64,000 bases of DNA, from the NCBI GenBank assembly GCA_026417515.1, contig JAOADC010000001.1:4779-68778 (forward strand). Reading direction: 5' to 3'. The notes beneath the pieces were generated by a model, which searched no databases, was not told the DNA's origin, and worked only from the letters and a program-made list of their open reading frames with translations. Positions 45,225 to 54,994 of this stretch are shown here, one piece after another. Numbering within the stretch: position 1 is the stretch's first letter; every line of letters starts with the position of its first letter. A program made the translations under genes and the position numbers. Source of the stretch: Actinomycetota bacterium (lineage in GTDB: Bacteria > Actinomycetota > Aquicultoria > SKW223).

Positions 45225-46646
45225 ATGAAAAGATTTTCTTCAAAAACTGCTTTGTGGATGCTAATTGGCATCTTACTTATTGCATCTTTTTTCTATTACT
45301 TTTTTATCAGACAGCGCGCACTTAAAACTGGTGAATTCGAAACTTACACTGTTAAGGTACAGAAAATAAAACCTTATATATCTGTCTCAGGTGATATCTA
45401 TCCTAAAGATGCCAAGAAACTTTACTTTACCACCAGTGGAGAAGTTAAGGAAGTTCTTGTAAAGCCTGGTGATAAGGTAAAAAAGGGACAGTTGCTTGCA
45501 TCTATACAAAGTAAGGATACAGGTAATTCTTTAAAAATTGCTGAGATCAACCTTAATTCTGCTAAAACCAGGTACAACCAAACTAAAGAAAGTTATGAAA
45601 CTCAAATATCGCAACTTGAACAAAAGATTAAAAGCATAGATTCTCAGTTAAAGAAGATAGATAACCAGATTGCTTCTGTAAAAGAAGAAATAAAGGACTT
45701 ACAAGACGCTTTACCAACTACAACAGGAGAATCTCCATTGAAACAAATTTCAGAACTAACAAAAACACTCACTTCCCTGAATAATCAGAAAGAGAGTCTA
45801 CTGAATTCTAAGAAAGAAGCAGAAAGCACTTTAGATTCTTTGAAAAAGAGAAAGAAATCAGATCTTCTTCTGGCGTCTTATCAAGTTGAGCAGGCCAAAT
45901 TATCATATGATCAGGCAATTGAAACGCAAAAAGGCACGAGCCTTTACTCTCCCATTGACGGTGTAGTTCTTTTTGTCGGTTACGAGGTTGGAGAAGAGAT
46001 AGGTCAAGGTTCTTCTTCAACATCTCTGTCAGATAGCAGTTACACTCAACAAATCTCAAAGTTAAGTTCCTCACTTCAAAATTCTTCTGAAGACAATTTC
46101 ATAGTAGTTGCACCAGAAGATTGGAAACCTTATGCAAGGGTTGTTTTAGACCAAATCGATGTTATTAAAGTTAAGCCTGGTCTTAAGGCTGAGGCATTTC
46201 TCGATGCTCTTCCAAATTTAATACTAAAGGGCAAGGTTGAAAGTATCAATTATTATCCAGAATCTGGCAGTTCTAATTCGGTGTCATACAGTGCGATAGT
46301 CACATTTGAAAACAGCGATAAGAATATCGTTTCGGGGATGAGTGCTATTATTCGCATATTTTTAGATCAAATTAAATCAATTGCTGTTCCAATTACTTCT
46401 GTACGCTACATAAATGGTGTGCCCTTCGTTTATGTTAAACGCAATAATAAGTTTGTACAGCAAAGAGTTGAAACAGGAGAATCAGATGACAGGTTTACAG
46501 TTATTAAATCTGGTTTAAATAATGGAGATGTTATCGTAAAGGACGTTTCAGAATATTTATCCAACACAAGCATTTCAAATTCAGGCCAGAGTAGGCCGCC
46601 CTTCAGAAGTAATACTGGTCCACGCCCTTTTAGAACATTCAGGTAA
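45225..46646 (+). CDS. HlyD/MacA-family periplasmic adaptor (efflux membrane fusion protein)
   Basis: N-terminal TM, biotinyl-lipoyl-like hairpin (GEVKEVLVKPGDKVKKGQLLASI), long coiled coil and C-terminal beta-barrel. Lies upstream of the ABC ATPase and permease. Confidence 0.75.
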   Translation: MKRFSSKTALWMLIGILLIASFFYYFFIRQRALKTGEFETYTVKVQKIKPYISVSGDIYPKDAKKLYFTTSGEVKEVLVKPGDKVKKGQLLASIQSKDTGNSLKIAEINLNSAKTRYNQTKESYETQISQLEQKIKSIDSQLKKIDNQIASVKEEIKDLQDALPTTTGESPLKQISELTKTLTSLNNQKESLLNSKKEAESTLDSLKKRKKSDLLLASYQVEQAKLSYDQAIETQKGTSLYSPIDGVVLFVGYEVGEEIGQGSSSTSLSDSSYTQQISKLSSSLQNSSEDNFIVVAPEDWKPYARVVLDQIDVIKVKPGLKAEAFLDALPNLILKGKVESINYYPESGSSNSVSYSAIVTFENSDKNIVSGMSAIIRIFLDQIKSIAVPITSVRYINGVPFVYVKRNNKFVQQRVETGESDDRFTVIKSGLNNGDVIVKDVSEYLSNTSISNSGQSRPPFRSNTGPRPFRTFR

Positions 46647-46657
46647 GGAGAGACTCT

Positions 46658-47353
46658 ATGCCTCTGATTGAACTTCAAAATATAACAAAAATCTATAAGT
46701 CTGGTGAAGTTGAAACAGTTGCGCTACGGGATGTAAGTCTTTTTATTGAGGAAGGCGAGTTTGTATCAGTGATAGGTCCTTCAGGCTCAGGAAAATCGAC
46801 CTTGATGAATATCATCGGATGTCTTGATACACCAACCAGAGGAAACTATTTTTTGGCAGGAAAGAGCGTCTCAAAACTTTCAGACTCTGAACTGGCAATG
46901 CTACGAAACAAGATGATTGGTTTTGTTTTTCAACAATTCAACTTATTGCAGAGAGCCACTGTTCTTGAGAATGTTCTCCTTCCCCAACTATATTCTGGTA
47001 ATAGACCAAATAAGAAAGAAGCGATGGCTCTTCTTGAAAGACTTAAAATTGCAGGATTGGAGAGCAAGTACCCAAACCAGCTATCAGGAGGACAACAACA
47101 GAGGGTTGCCATTGCAAGAGCTTTAATAAATAAGCCAAAACTTATTTTGGCTGATGAGCCGACAGGTTCACTTGATACGAAAACAGGAGAAGAGATACTT
47201 AAAATTTTCGAAGAGCTCAACGAAGAGGGTGTCACCATTGTAATTGTCACCCATGAGCCTTACATTGCAAGAAAGGCCCGCAGAACTGTTGCTTTAAGAG
47301 ATGGTTCCATAGAATTCGATGAACATATCAATGAAGGGTATGTAAAACAATGA
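46658..47353 (+). CDS. ABC transporter ATP-binding protein, MacB/LolD type
   Basis: Walker A GPSGSGKST, signature LSGGQQQRVAIARAL, Walker B ILADEPTGSLD, 231 aa. Confidence 0.85.
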   Translation: MPLIELQNITKIYKSGEVETVALRDVSLFIEEGEFVSVIGPSGSGKSTLMNIIGCLDTPTRGNYFLAGKSVSKLSDSELAMLRNKMIGFVFQQFNLLQRATVLENVLLPQLYSGNRPNKKEAMALLERLKIAGLESKYPNQLSGGQQQRVAIARALINKPKLILADEPTGSLDTKTGEEILKIFEELNEEGVTIVIVTHEPYIARKARRTVALRDGSIEFDEHINEGYVKQ

Positions 47354-48540
47354 AATCGTACTTAATTTTCTTAACTTCAATCAGGAGTCTTCTAGCAAAC
47401 AAATTGAGGACCTTACTCACTCTTCTTGGAATTATCATTGGAGTGGCAACGGTTCTAATGATGATATCAGTAGGAACATCTGCATCTTCAGCAGTGACTT
47501 CCTCCATCAAGGGTTTAGGCTCAAACCTGATTTTCATCTATAATCTACCCAATTCGCCAGAAAACAAGCAGATAAACGAAAGCGATTTAAGCGCTATAGG
47601 TCGTATCCCACATGTAAAGAAGGTTCTTCCTCAAGTATCTTTCAGCGCCACCATTCAATATGGTTCTTCTACAATGGACATTCAGGTTAATGGAACTGAA
47701 CCTGATTTTGAAGAGATGAGAAACGCTCATCCTGTCTTAGGTCGTTTTATTACCTCAGTTGATATAGCATCATCTGCAAAAGTTGCGGTTATTGGCTATG
47801 GTGTTTATGAAGAATTATTCAAAGATGGGTCTTTTTTCGGCAAGGTGGTTAGAATAAATGGAATGCCATTTACTGTTGTTGGAGTTCTTGAGAAAAAGGG
47901 TTCACAATCTCTTGGATATAATCCAGACGATATGGTTATTGTGCCTATTACCACTGCCCAGCAGAGAATACTCGGTAGCAACCGAATAGATCTTATATCT
48001 GTTGAGATTGACTCAGAGAGCCTGGTGCCCATCATCTCAAATGAAATCGAGAGTTTATTGAAGAGAAGACATATGATTGAATCTCAAGAAGATGAATCTT
48101 TCCGAATTTTAACTCAAGAAGAAATCATCTCAACAGCTTCGCAAATTACAGGCATTCTTACGGTTCTCCTGGCAGGTATCGCAAGCATCTCTCTGCTTGT
48201 TGGTGGTATCGGTATTATGAATATATTGCTGGTTACAGTAACAGAAAGAACGAAAGAGATTGGATTGCGCAAGGCAATAGGTGCAAAGAAATCCGATATT
48301 ATGCTTCAGTTTCTCATTGAATCCATTACCCTCTGCTCAATCGGAGGTCTCCTGGGTATTTTGCTTGGGTATTTAGGAAGCATCCTAATTGCTAGATTTG
48401 GTGGATGGATACCGGTAGTTTCTCCTTCAACAATTGCTCTATCATTTTCCTTTGCAGTTCTTGTCGGACTGTTCTTCGGTATATATCCTGCTTACAAAGC
48501 AGCATCTTTGAATCCCATAGATGCATTGCGATACGAATAA
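47350..48540 (+). CDS. ABC transporter permease, FtsX/MacB type
   Basis: N-terminal TM, MacB_PCD periplasmic domain, C-terminal FtsX 3-TM bundle (GIGIMNILLVTVTERTKEIGLRKAIGA). Confidence 0.8.
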   Translation: MKSYLIFLTSIRSLLANKLRTLLTLLGIIIGVATVLMMISVGTSASSAVTSSIKGLGSNLIFIYNLPNSPENKQINESDLSAIGRIPHVKKVLPQVSFSATIQYGSSTMDIQVNGTEPDFEEMRNAHPVLGRFITSVDIASSAKVAVIGYGVYEELFKDGSFFGKVVRINGMPFTVVGVLEKKGSQSLGYNPDDMVIVPITTAQQRILGSNRIDLISVEIDSESLVPIISNEIESLLKRRHMIESQEDESFRILTQEEIISTASQITGILTVLLAGIASISLLVGGIGIMNILLVTVTERTKEIGLRKAIGAKKSDIMLQFLIESITLCSIGGLLGILLGYLGSILIARFGGWIPVVSPSTIALSFSFAVLVGLFFGIYPAYKAASLNPIDALRYE

Positions 48541-48541
48541 T

Positions 48542-49390
48542 TTACTTCTGGCAGTTATTGCAGAAGTAAGTTGATCTTCCTTGAATTTTTACCCTCTCCA
48601 CCTTTCCACTACATCTTTGACACTTTTTATCCAACTTTCCATATATTCTCAGATAATTTTGAAACTCTCCAGCATTACCGTAAGGATTTCTGTAATCTCT
48701 CAAGGTTAGCCCGCCATATTTAATCCCTTCTTCTATTTTCTTCTTCATAGATTGAAACAACTTTTCTACTTCTACCTCTTTCAGACTCGAAGCGTTTCTC
48801 AATGGATTTAGACCAGCATCATAAAGAATTTCATCAGCATAAGCATTGCCAATACCTGCAAGCAATGCTTGATCTATTAACGCTTGTTTTATAGGCTTTC
48901 GAGTTTTCTTTAATATATTCAAAAGTTCCTTACCTGTTTTAACATCTAAGAGCACATCTGGACCAATCTTTTTCAACTTTAGACTCATTTCATCTTCGCT
49001 TAAGATTTCAAGATACCCAAACTTTCTTATATCACAGAAATCCAGATAAATATCTTCGAAACAAAGAGTTGCTCGCAGATATTTTTTGGGACAGATCTCT
49101 TCATTAAGATCTCTCCTTATTAAAAGGTTTCCTGTCATCTTTAGATGTATGGCAAGATAGTTCCCTGATTCAAACTTAATCGTGAGAATCTTTCCTTTTC
49201 TAAGGACATCCAAAACCAATTTTCCTTTAAGTTTTTTAAATGCATTCTCTGCTGTGGATGCGTCGCTCAATCTTCTTGAATTCTTAATAATTGAGCGAGG
49301 TTCATATATTTGCGCAAAAAGAAATCTTTTATTGATAAGCACCTTGCGGATTTCGCGCCTTATTATTTCTACCTCAGGCAGTTCTGGCAC
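48542..49390 (-). CDS. mutM: Formamidopyrimidine-DNA glycosylase
   Basis: MPELPEVE N-terminus (catalytic Pro2/Glu3), C-terminal zinc finger CQRCSG...CNNCQ, 282 aa. Confidence 0.85.
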   Translation of the reverse strand: MPELPEVEIIRREIRKVLINKRFLFAQIYEPRSIIKNSRRLSDASTAENAFKKLKGKLVLDVLRKGKILTIKFESGNYLAIHLKMTGNLLIRRDLNEEICPKKYLRATLCFEDIYLDFCDIRKFGYLEILSEDEMSLKLKKIGPDVLLDVKTGKELLNILKKTRKPIKQALIDQALLAGIGNAYADEILYDAGLNPLRNASSLKEVEVEKLFQSMKKKIEEGIKYGGLTLRDYRNPYGNAGEFQNYLRIYGKLDKKCQRCSGKVERVKIQGRSTYFCNNCQK

Positions 49391-50329
49391 CTACATACTC
49401 CTAAGGCGCTTTATTCTCTCTTCAATTGGTGGATGTGTTGATAAGAGTCTTGAAAGAAAACTCCTTACTGTTCTCAAACCCAAGGGTGGGTAGATAAAGA
49501 GATGTGCAGTTGCAGAGTTTGCTCGCTCAAAAGGTGGAGATAGATTCGCTATTTTCTCTAGTGCACTTGCCAGACCTTCAGGATTGCGCGTGAGTAGAGC
49601 GCCTGTTGCATCAGCCAGATACTCTCTTTCTCTTGAAATAGCAAGTTTTATAAGCTCAGCGAATACAGCAGCAATAAGAGATGCAAGAAAAACGATTAAC
49701 AGGATAAGAATTTTACTAAAGTCATTTCTATCTTCACTCTCACCATCTACATCGAACTGTGAATTTGGTGAAAAGAATAAGGAGTAAAAAAGAATTCTAT
49801 AGATGATATCCACTATCATTACAAAAAATCCTGCCAGCATAGCTGCTATGGTCTGTATTTTTATATCCTGATTGGCAATATGAGCAATTTCGTGAGCAGC
49901 AACTCCTTCTATTTCCTGACGGTTTAAATTTTTAAGCAGACCTGTAGTAAATACGACATAACTGTTTTCAGGATTCCTACCTGTGGCAAAAGCGTTCATT
50001 GCTGGTGTTTCGATTATATACACCTGAGGTGGCTTTATACCCGCTGCAATGGATAATCCTTCTACAGTATTTATCAAATACCTGTATTCATTTTCGTCTG
50101 CTTTCTTTGCACCATTTATAAGAAGAACAAAGCGAGTTGAAAGAAAGTAACTTATCAATGTCCAGATAGAAGCAAAGATTAGTGTGGAAATAATTATTGA
50201 GCCAGAAGCACTTAAAAAGTAATCAAATAAATAACCAAAGGCGGTTAGTAGAAGTATGAAACCAAGCATAAGAAAAACTGTTCTTCTTTTATTTCTACTT
50301 ATTTCGTCATAAACGTTTATCTTGCTCAC
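49391..50329 (-). CDS. htpX: M48-family zinc metalloprotease HtpX
   Basis: HEIAHI zinc motif, N-terminal TM helices, 312 aa, downstream of lemA. Confidence 0.8.
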   Translation of the reverse strand: MSKINVYDEISRNKRRTVFLMLGFILLLTAFGYLFDYFLSASGSIIISTLIFASIWTLISYFLSTRFVLLINGAKKADENEYRYLINTVEGLSIAAGIKPPQVYIIETPAMNAFATGRNPENSYVVFTTGLLKNLNRQEIEGVAAHEIAHIANQDIKIQTIAAMLAGFFVMIVDIIYRILFYSLFFSPNSQFDVDGESEDRNDFSKILILLIVFLASLIAAVFAELIKLAISREREYLADATGALLTRNPEGLASALEKIANLSPPFERANSATAHLFIYPPLGLRTVRSFLSRLLSTHPPIEERIKRLRSM

Positions 50330-50332
50330 AGT

Positions 50333-50884
50333 CTAAAACTTTACTTCAATAGGTTTAGACTCAACTTCTTCAATCTCAAAATAATCCTCTTCTTTAAATC
50401 CAAAAATCCTTGCAATTATATTAGACGGAAACGATTGAACATATGTATTGAATCTCATTACTGAATCATTGTAAAACTGCCTTGCGTAGGCAATCTTATT
50501 TTCTGTTGAACTCAATTCCTCCTGAAGCATCATAAAGTTTTCTGATGCTTTCAAATCAGGATAGTTTTCAGCTACGGCAAAAAGTGTTTTTAGTGTTGAT
50601 GTAAGTGCATTCTCTGCTTCGGACTGCTCCTTTACAGTGCTTGCATTGATTGCTGCGCTCCTTGCTTGCGCTACCTTTTCGAAAATCTCTTTTTCATGTG
50701 AAGCATATGCTTTAACTGTCTCAACCAGATTTGGAATCAAATCGTATCTCCTCTTTAACTGAACGTCAATTTGATGCCAGGCATTCTTCAATTGATTCTT
50801 AAGATTTACTAAACGATTGTAGACGGCTGCTAAATAAATCACAATCAGTAGCAACAAGCCAAGCACTATCAACATTGGTTTCAC
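50333..50884 (-). CDS. lemA: LemA-family protein
   Basis: N-terminal TM followed by a LemA fold ([33 protein letters not shown]). Confidence 0.8.
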   Translation of the reverse strand: MKPMLIVLGLLLLIVIYLAAVYNRLVNLKNQLKNAWHQIDVQLKRRYDLIPNLVETVKAYASHEKEIFEKVAQARSAAINASTVKEQSEAENALTSTLKTLFAVAENYPDLKASENFMMLQEELSSTENKIAYARQFYNDSVMRFNTYVQSFPSNIIARIFGFKEEDYFEIEEVESKPIEVKF

Positions 50885-50927
50885 GTGTTGTCCCTCACTT
50901 CGCCTTCATATATTATTTATATTCATT

Positions 50928-51614
50928 ATGATACCACTGAAGGACATTAATCCAACTGAAAGAACGCCATTTGTTACCATAGGCATCATCATTGCTTGCG
51001 TCCTTGTCTTTTTAAAAGAGATCAGTTTGCCGCCAGAGAGTCTGGATGCCCTGGTAAAAACCTATGGTTTTGTTCCTGCAAGGTTCTTCTCATCAAATAC
51101 TTCGCTTTTAGAAAAAATCATTCCAATTTTTACATCAATGTTCTTACATGGAAGTTTTATGCACATCATTGGAAATATGCTTTATCTCTGGATTTTTGGA
51201 AACAACATTGAAGATAAAATAGGTCATTTTTCTTTCCTTCTCCTCTACCTTCTTTCAGGCATAGCAGCAGCAATGCTTCAAGGTATTGCCAATACATCCT
51301 CTTCAGTTCCAATGATAGGTGCGTCAGGTGCAATAGCAGGTACTCTTGGCGCTTATCTCGTCTTGTTTCCTGGTGCGCGAATTCTAACGATGATCGTTTT
51401 TTACTTTATCACTTTCCAGGAGCTACCTGCATTTATCGTAATATCTGTTTGGTTTCTTATCCAGTTCTTGAGTTCCTTAGGATCGCTTTCAGGTATAAAC
51501 ACAGGTGTTGCCTACCTTGCACATGTTGGTGGTTTTATTGCGGGTTTGATCCTTATTCATATTTTTCCAAAGAAGAAAAGACCTAAAAGATACCTACCAG
51601 AAGATTATCTTTAA
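50928..51614 (+). CDS. Rhomboid-family intramembrane serine protease
   Basis: GASGAIAG catalytic Ser motif, a downstream His in a TM helix (AHVGGFIAG), and a HxxxN-like region (HGSFMHIIGNM). Confidence 0.8.
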   Translation: MIPLKDINPTERTPFVTIGIIIACVLVFLKEISLPPESLDALVKTYGFVPARFFSSNTSLLEKIIPIFTSMFLHGSFMHIIGNMLYLWIFGNNIEDKIGHFSFLLLYLLSGIAAAMLQGIANTSSSVPMIGASGAIAGTLGAYLVLFPGARILTMIVFYFITFQELPAFIVISVWFLIQFLSSLGSLSGINTGVAYLAHVGGFIAGLILIHIFPKKKRPKRYLPEDYL

Positions 51615-51928
51615 TACTGAGATTCTTCACTCTTCAGTTCTTTTTCCAATTCTTCCAGTTTGTTCTTTAATTTCTCGATTTCATCTCTGGTTACAAAACC
51701 CAATTCTTCAGCAATTGCCTTAACCTGTGTTCTTATGAAGTTGGTAATTTCCTTCTTTTCTTCTTCAGCCTTGCTCATCAATTTCTCTTTAAAATCGCCT
51801 GCTTCCTTATGTTTGAGTTCACCAGTCTTTATTAGTTCATTAGTAATTTCTTCCACTTTTTCCTTTGTTAAAGCAGCCAGTCCTATCCCAAAGTAGATGA
51901 CTTTTTTTCCTATTTCTTCAAACTTCAT
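51611..51928 (-). CDS. Phasin-like coiled-coil protein
   Basis: 105 aa, highly charged coiled coil ending ELGFVTRDEIEKLKNKLEELEKEL, similar to phasin/UbiK-like small proteins. Confidence 0.4.
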   Translation of the reverse strand: MKFEEIGKKVIYFGIGLAALTKEKVEEITNELIKTGELKHKEAGDFKEKLMSKAEEEKKEITNFIRTQVKAIAEELGFVTRDEIEKLKNKLEELEKELKSEESQY

Positions 51929-52015
51929 TGCAAATTACCTCCATTAGAATTAATAAATCACTCATAAAACAATTATAATCTTGTTAACCAATAATTTCAT
52001 AGGGAGTGATGTAAA

Positions 52016-54091
52016 TTGAACTACCCTGCCTCTAAGATCAGGAACGTAGTCGTTGCCGGCCATTCTTCTTGTGGAAAGACCACCCTCCTCGATGCCATTC
52101 TCTTTCTAACAGGTGCAACAACAAGATTCGGTAACCCTGAAAATGGCACTTCTCTTCTTGATTTTGAACCGGAAGAACAATCTCGGAAGGTTTCAATCAG
52201 ATTAAGCATTGCTCCAGTCAAATATAAGGATCATAAAATTAACTTCATCGATACTCCTGGATATGCAGATTTCATTGGAGAAGTAATCTCTGGTATAAGT
52301 GCGGCGGATGCCTGCCTTATAGTTTTAGACGCCTCCACCGGTGTTCAGGTACAGACAGATAAAGTATTTCACCTTGCTGAAAATCTTCCCACTGCATTTT
52401 TCATCAACAAATTGGATAAACAAGATGCTGATTTCTTTGAAGCCCTTAATGGTCTTAAAGAATTCTATCCAGACCACCATTTTGCACCAATCACACTACC
52501 CATAGGAAAGGGAGAAAAACTCGAGGGTGTTATAAATCTTATTGATATGAAGGCATACAGAAATGTTGAAGGAAAACTGGAAGAATTTGAAATCCCTTCT
52601 GAGTATAAAGATGAGGCTGAGAAGTTTCGAGAGATTCTTATGGATTCGGCTGCAGAAGGAGATGACGAAATTCTTGAGAAATACCTCGATACAGGCGAAC
52701 TAACACAGGAAGAACTGGTCAAAGCATTTCATAAGGGTTTCTTAAAAAGAGAAGTCATACCCGTTTTTGGTGGTTCAGGTAAGCATCTGTGTGGTCTTCT
52801 TGCACTTCTTGAAGAAATAATCGAGTTCTTCCCCAGAGCTGACGAAAAACAAGAAATTACGGTTATTAGAGATGGTGAGGAATCAACAATTGATATCGGT
52901 CCATCCCAGGACCCCATAGCATATGTTTTTAAGACTACTGCAGATCCCTATGTTGGAAGATTATCTTTTGTAAGAGTTTTCTCAGGTTCAATAAAACCTA
53001 ATACTCAACTTTTAAACACATTCACACAGAGGAAGGAAAGAATAGGTCATCTTTACGAGGTTCTCGGGAAGGAACAGAGAGAGGTTCCAGAAATACCCTT
53101 TGGTGATATAGGAGTAATTCCTAAACTTGCTGAAACGTTAACCGGTCATACCCTCGCTACTGAGAAGACAAATTTTCAAATCAAGCCACCTGCACTGCCT
53201 GAAGCAGTCTATTCAGTTGCCGTGGAACCAAAATCTAAGGGAGATGAAGAAAAACTTTCATCGTCTCTTCAAAAACTTGCTGAAGAAGATCCCACCATCA
53301 AAGTAACTCGAGACACTGAAAGCAAACAGATAATTGTTTCCGGTCTGGGAGACCTTCAAATAGACATCCTTTTAGAAACGATGAAGAGAAAGTTTGGTGT
53401 GGAAGCAACCACTGCAGAACCAAAAATTCCATATCGTGAAACGATTAAAAAACCTGCAAATGCTCAAGGAAAATATAAGCGTCAGTCGGGTGGTAGAGGC
53501 CAGTATGGAGATGTTTGGTTAAAAGTAGAACCAATGGAAAGAGGTGGAGGGTTCGAATTCATCGATCAGATAGTAGGTGGAGTGGTGCCAAGAAATTATA
53601 TCCCAGCAGTCGAAAAGGGTGTACGAGAGGCTATGGAACAGGGAATTCTGGCGGGATTTCCAGTCGTTGATGTAAGGGTCACCCTCTACGATGGTTCACA
53701 CCATCCAGTTGATTCTTCTGATATGGCTTTTAAGATTGCAGGTTCAATGGGATTTAAGAATGCTGCATCCCAGGCAAATCCAACTATTTTGGAACCAATA
53801 ATGAAGGTTGAAATCATAGTTCCTGAGAAGTATATGGGTGATGTTATGGGCCAGATTTCAGCCAAAAGAGGGAGAATACTTGGCACAGAGATGATGGGCA
53901 AATATGAAGTTATCAAGGCACTTATTCCTCTTGCAGAAATGCTACATTACGCAACTGAATTGAGATCGATAACCCACGGTGAAGGAAGTTTCAATATGGA
54001 ATTTTCTCATTACGACGAGGTGCCTCAGGAAATACAGCAAAAGATTATAGAGGCTTATCAGAAATCAAAAGAAGAAGGAAATCAACGTTAG
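52016..54091 (+). CDS. Elongation factor G paralog (EF-G2 family) with switch-II His replaced by Tyr
   Basis: 691 aa. G1 AGHSSCGKTT (EF-G2-like), G3 DTPGYADF (canonical DTPGH), G4 NKLD. EF-G domains II-V are present. Confidence 0.85.
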   Translation: MNYPASKIRNVVVAGHSSCGKTTLLDAILFLTGATTRFGNPENGTSLLDFEPEEQSRKVSIRLSIAPVKYKDHKINFIDTPGYADFIGEVISGISAADACLIVLDASTGVQVQTDKVFHLAENLPTAFFINKLDKQDADFFEALNGLKEFYPDHHFAPITLPIGKGEKLEGVINLIDMKAYRNVEGKLEEFEIPSEYKDEAEKFREILMDSAAEGDDEILEKYLDTGELTQEELVKAFHKGFLKREVIPVFGGSGKHLCGLLALLEEIIEFFPRADEKQEITVIRDGEESTIDIGPSQDPIAYVFKTTADPYVGRLSFVRVFSGSIKPNTQLLNTFTQRKERIGHLYEVLGKEQREVPEIPFGDIGVIPKLAETLTGHTLATEKTNFQIKPPALPEAVYSVAVEPKSKGDEEKLSSSLQKLAEEDPTIKVTRDTESKQIIVSGLGDLQIDILLETMKRKFGVEATTAEPKIPYRETIKKPANAQGKYKRQSGGRGQYGDVWLKVEPMERGGGFEFIDQIVGGVVPRNYIPAVEKGVREAMEQGILAGFPVVDVRVTLYDGSHHPVDSSDMAFKIAGSMGFKNAASQANPTILEPIMKVEIIVPEKYMGDVMGQISAKRGRILGTEMMGKYEVIKALIPLAEMLHYATELRSITHGEGSFNMEFSHYDEVPQEIQQKIIEAYQKSKEEGNQR

Positions 54092-54981
54092 AGCCTTTTT
54101 CTCGGACGATCGCTTCCTTCTTTAAATCTATATGGGGTTGGTATGTACTGAACTGATGGACGTAACCCCTGAGATTGGGGGTAAAGCTGCATCAAGGCAT
54201 AGATTTCATCTGGTACTTCAGTTGAGATATTGAGGCCAAGTTTCTGGCCTTCATCTGCTGTTATTGGATAATCATGGGTATACTTGCCTTCCGTAAGTAT
54301 TTTGGCAATCTCTGAAGCCTTCTCTTCATCGTGCTTTTCCATCAGTAGTTTCTTAACGAACTCATAGACCTGACTCAATGCTTTTTCTGCCACATCTCCG
54401 AGGATAAGTGTTTTATCATCAACCTCATCAATTGATTTTTTGCTTATAGCTCTTACGATTGATGCAGCGGGATACTCTCCCAACTGAGGATCGACAGGTC
54501 CCAAAACCGCATTTGGGTCCATAACAATTTCATCGGCTGCCAGAGCAATCAAAGTTCCACCACTCATAGCGTAATGAGGCACAAAAACTGTAACTTTGGC
54601 TGGATGCTTGCTCAGCGCTAAAGCAATCTGGGTACTTGCAAGCACCAATCCACCTGGTGTATGAAGAATTAAATCGATGGGCATATCCTTGGGTGTCATT
54701 CGTATTGCCCTTAGAATTTCTTCGCTGTCTTCAATTGTTATGTATCTAAATATGGGAAGCCCTAAGAAACTTAGTGTCTCCTGTCTATGAATAAGGGCTA
54801 TGACGCGTGAGTTTCTCTTTATCTCCAGGCTTCTCAAAAGTCTGTACCTTTGTGCTTCAAGTATTCTCTGTTTAAATACAGGAGATATGGCTGAAATTAT
54901 GAAAAGTAACCACAAAAGATCAAAAAAACTCATTTCTAACCTCCAATCTCTCAATAAAAAAGCCCGCTTGGAAAAGACCAA
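54088..54981 (-). CDS. Clp-fold (SDH / S49-like) membrane-anchored serine peptidase
   Basis: N-terminal TM; ILHTPGGLV and ...MSGGTLIALAADEIVM... resemble the ClpP/SppA-fold serine peptidase core; 297 aa. Confidence 0.5.
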   Translation of the reverse strand: MVFSKRAFLLRDWRLEMSFFDLLWLLFIISAISPVFKQRILEAQRYRLLRSLEIKRNSRVIALIHRQETLSFLGLPIFRYITIEDSEEILRAIRMTPKDMPIDLILHTPGGLVLASTQIALALSKHPAKVTVFVPHYAMSGGTLIALAADEIVMDPNAVLGPVDPQLGEYPAASIVRAISKKSIDEVDDKTLILGDVAEKALSQVYEFVKKLLMEKHDEEKASEIAKILTEGKYTHDYPITADEGQKLGLNISTEVPDEIYALMQLYPQSQGLRPSVQYIPTPYRFKEGSDRPRKRL

Positions 54982-54994
54982 GCGGGCTGATCAT

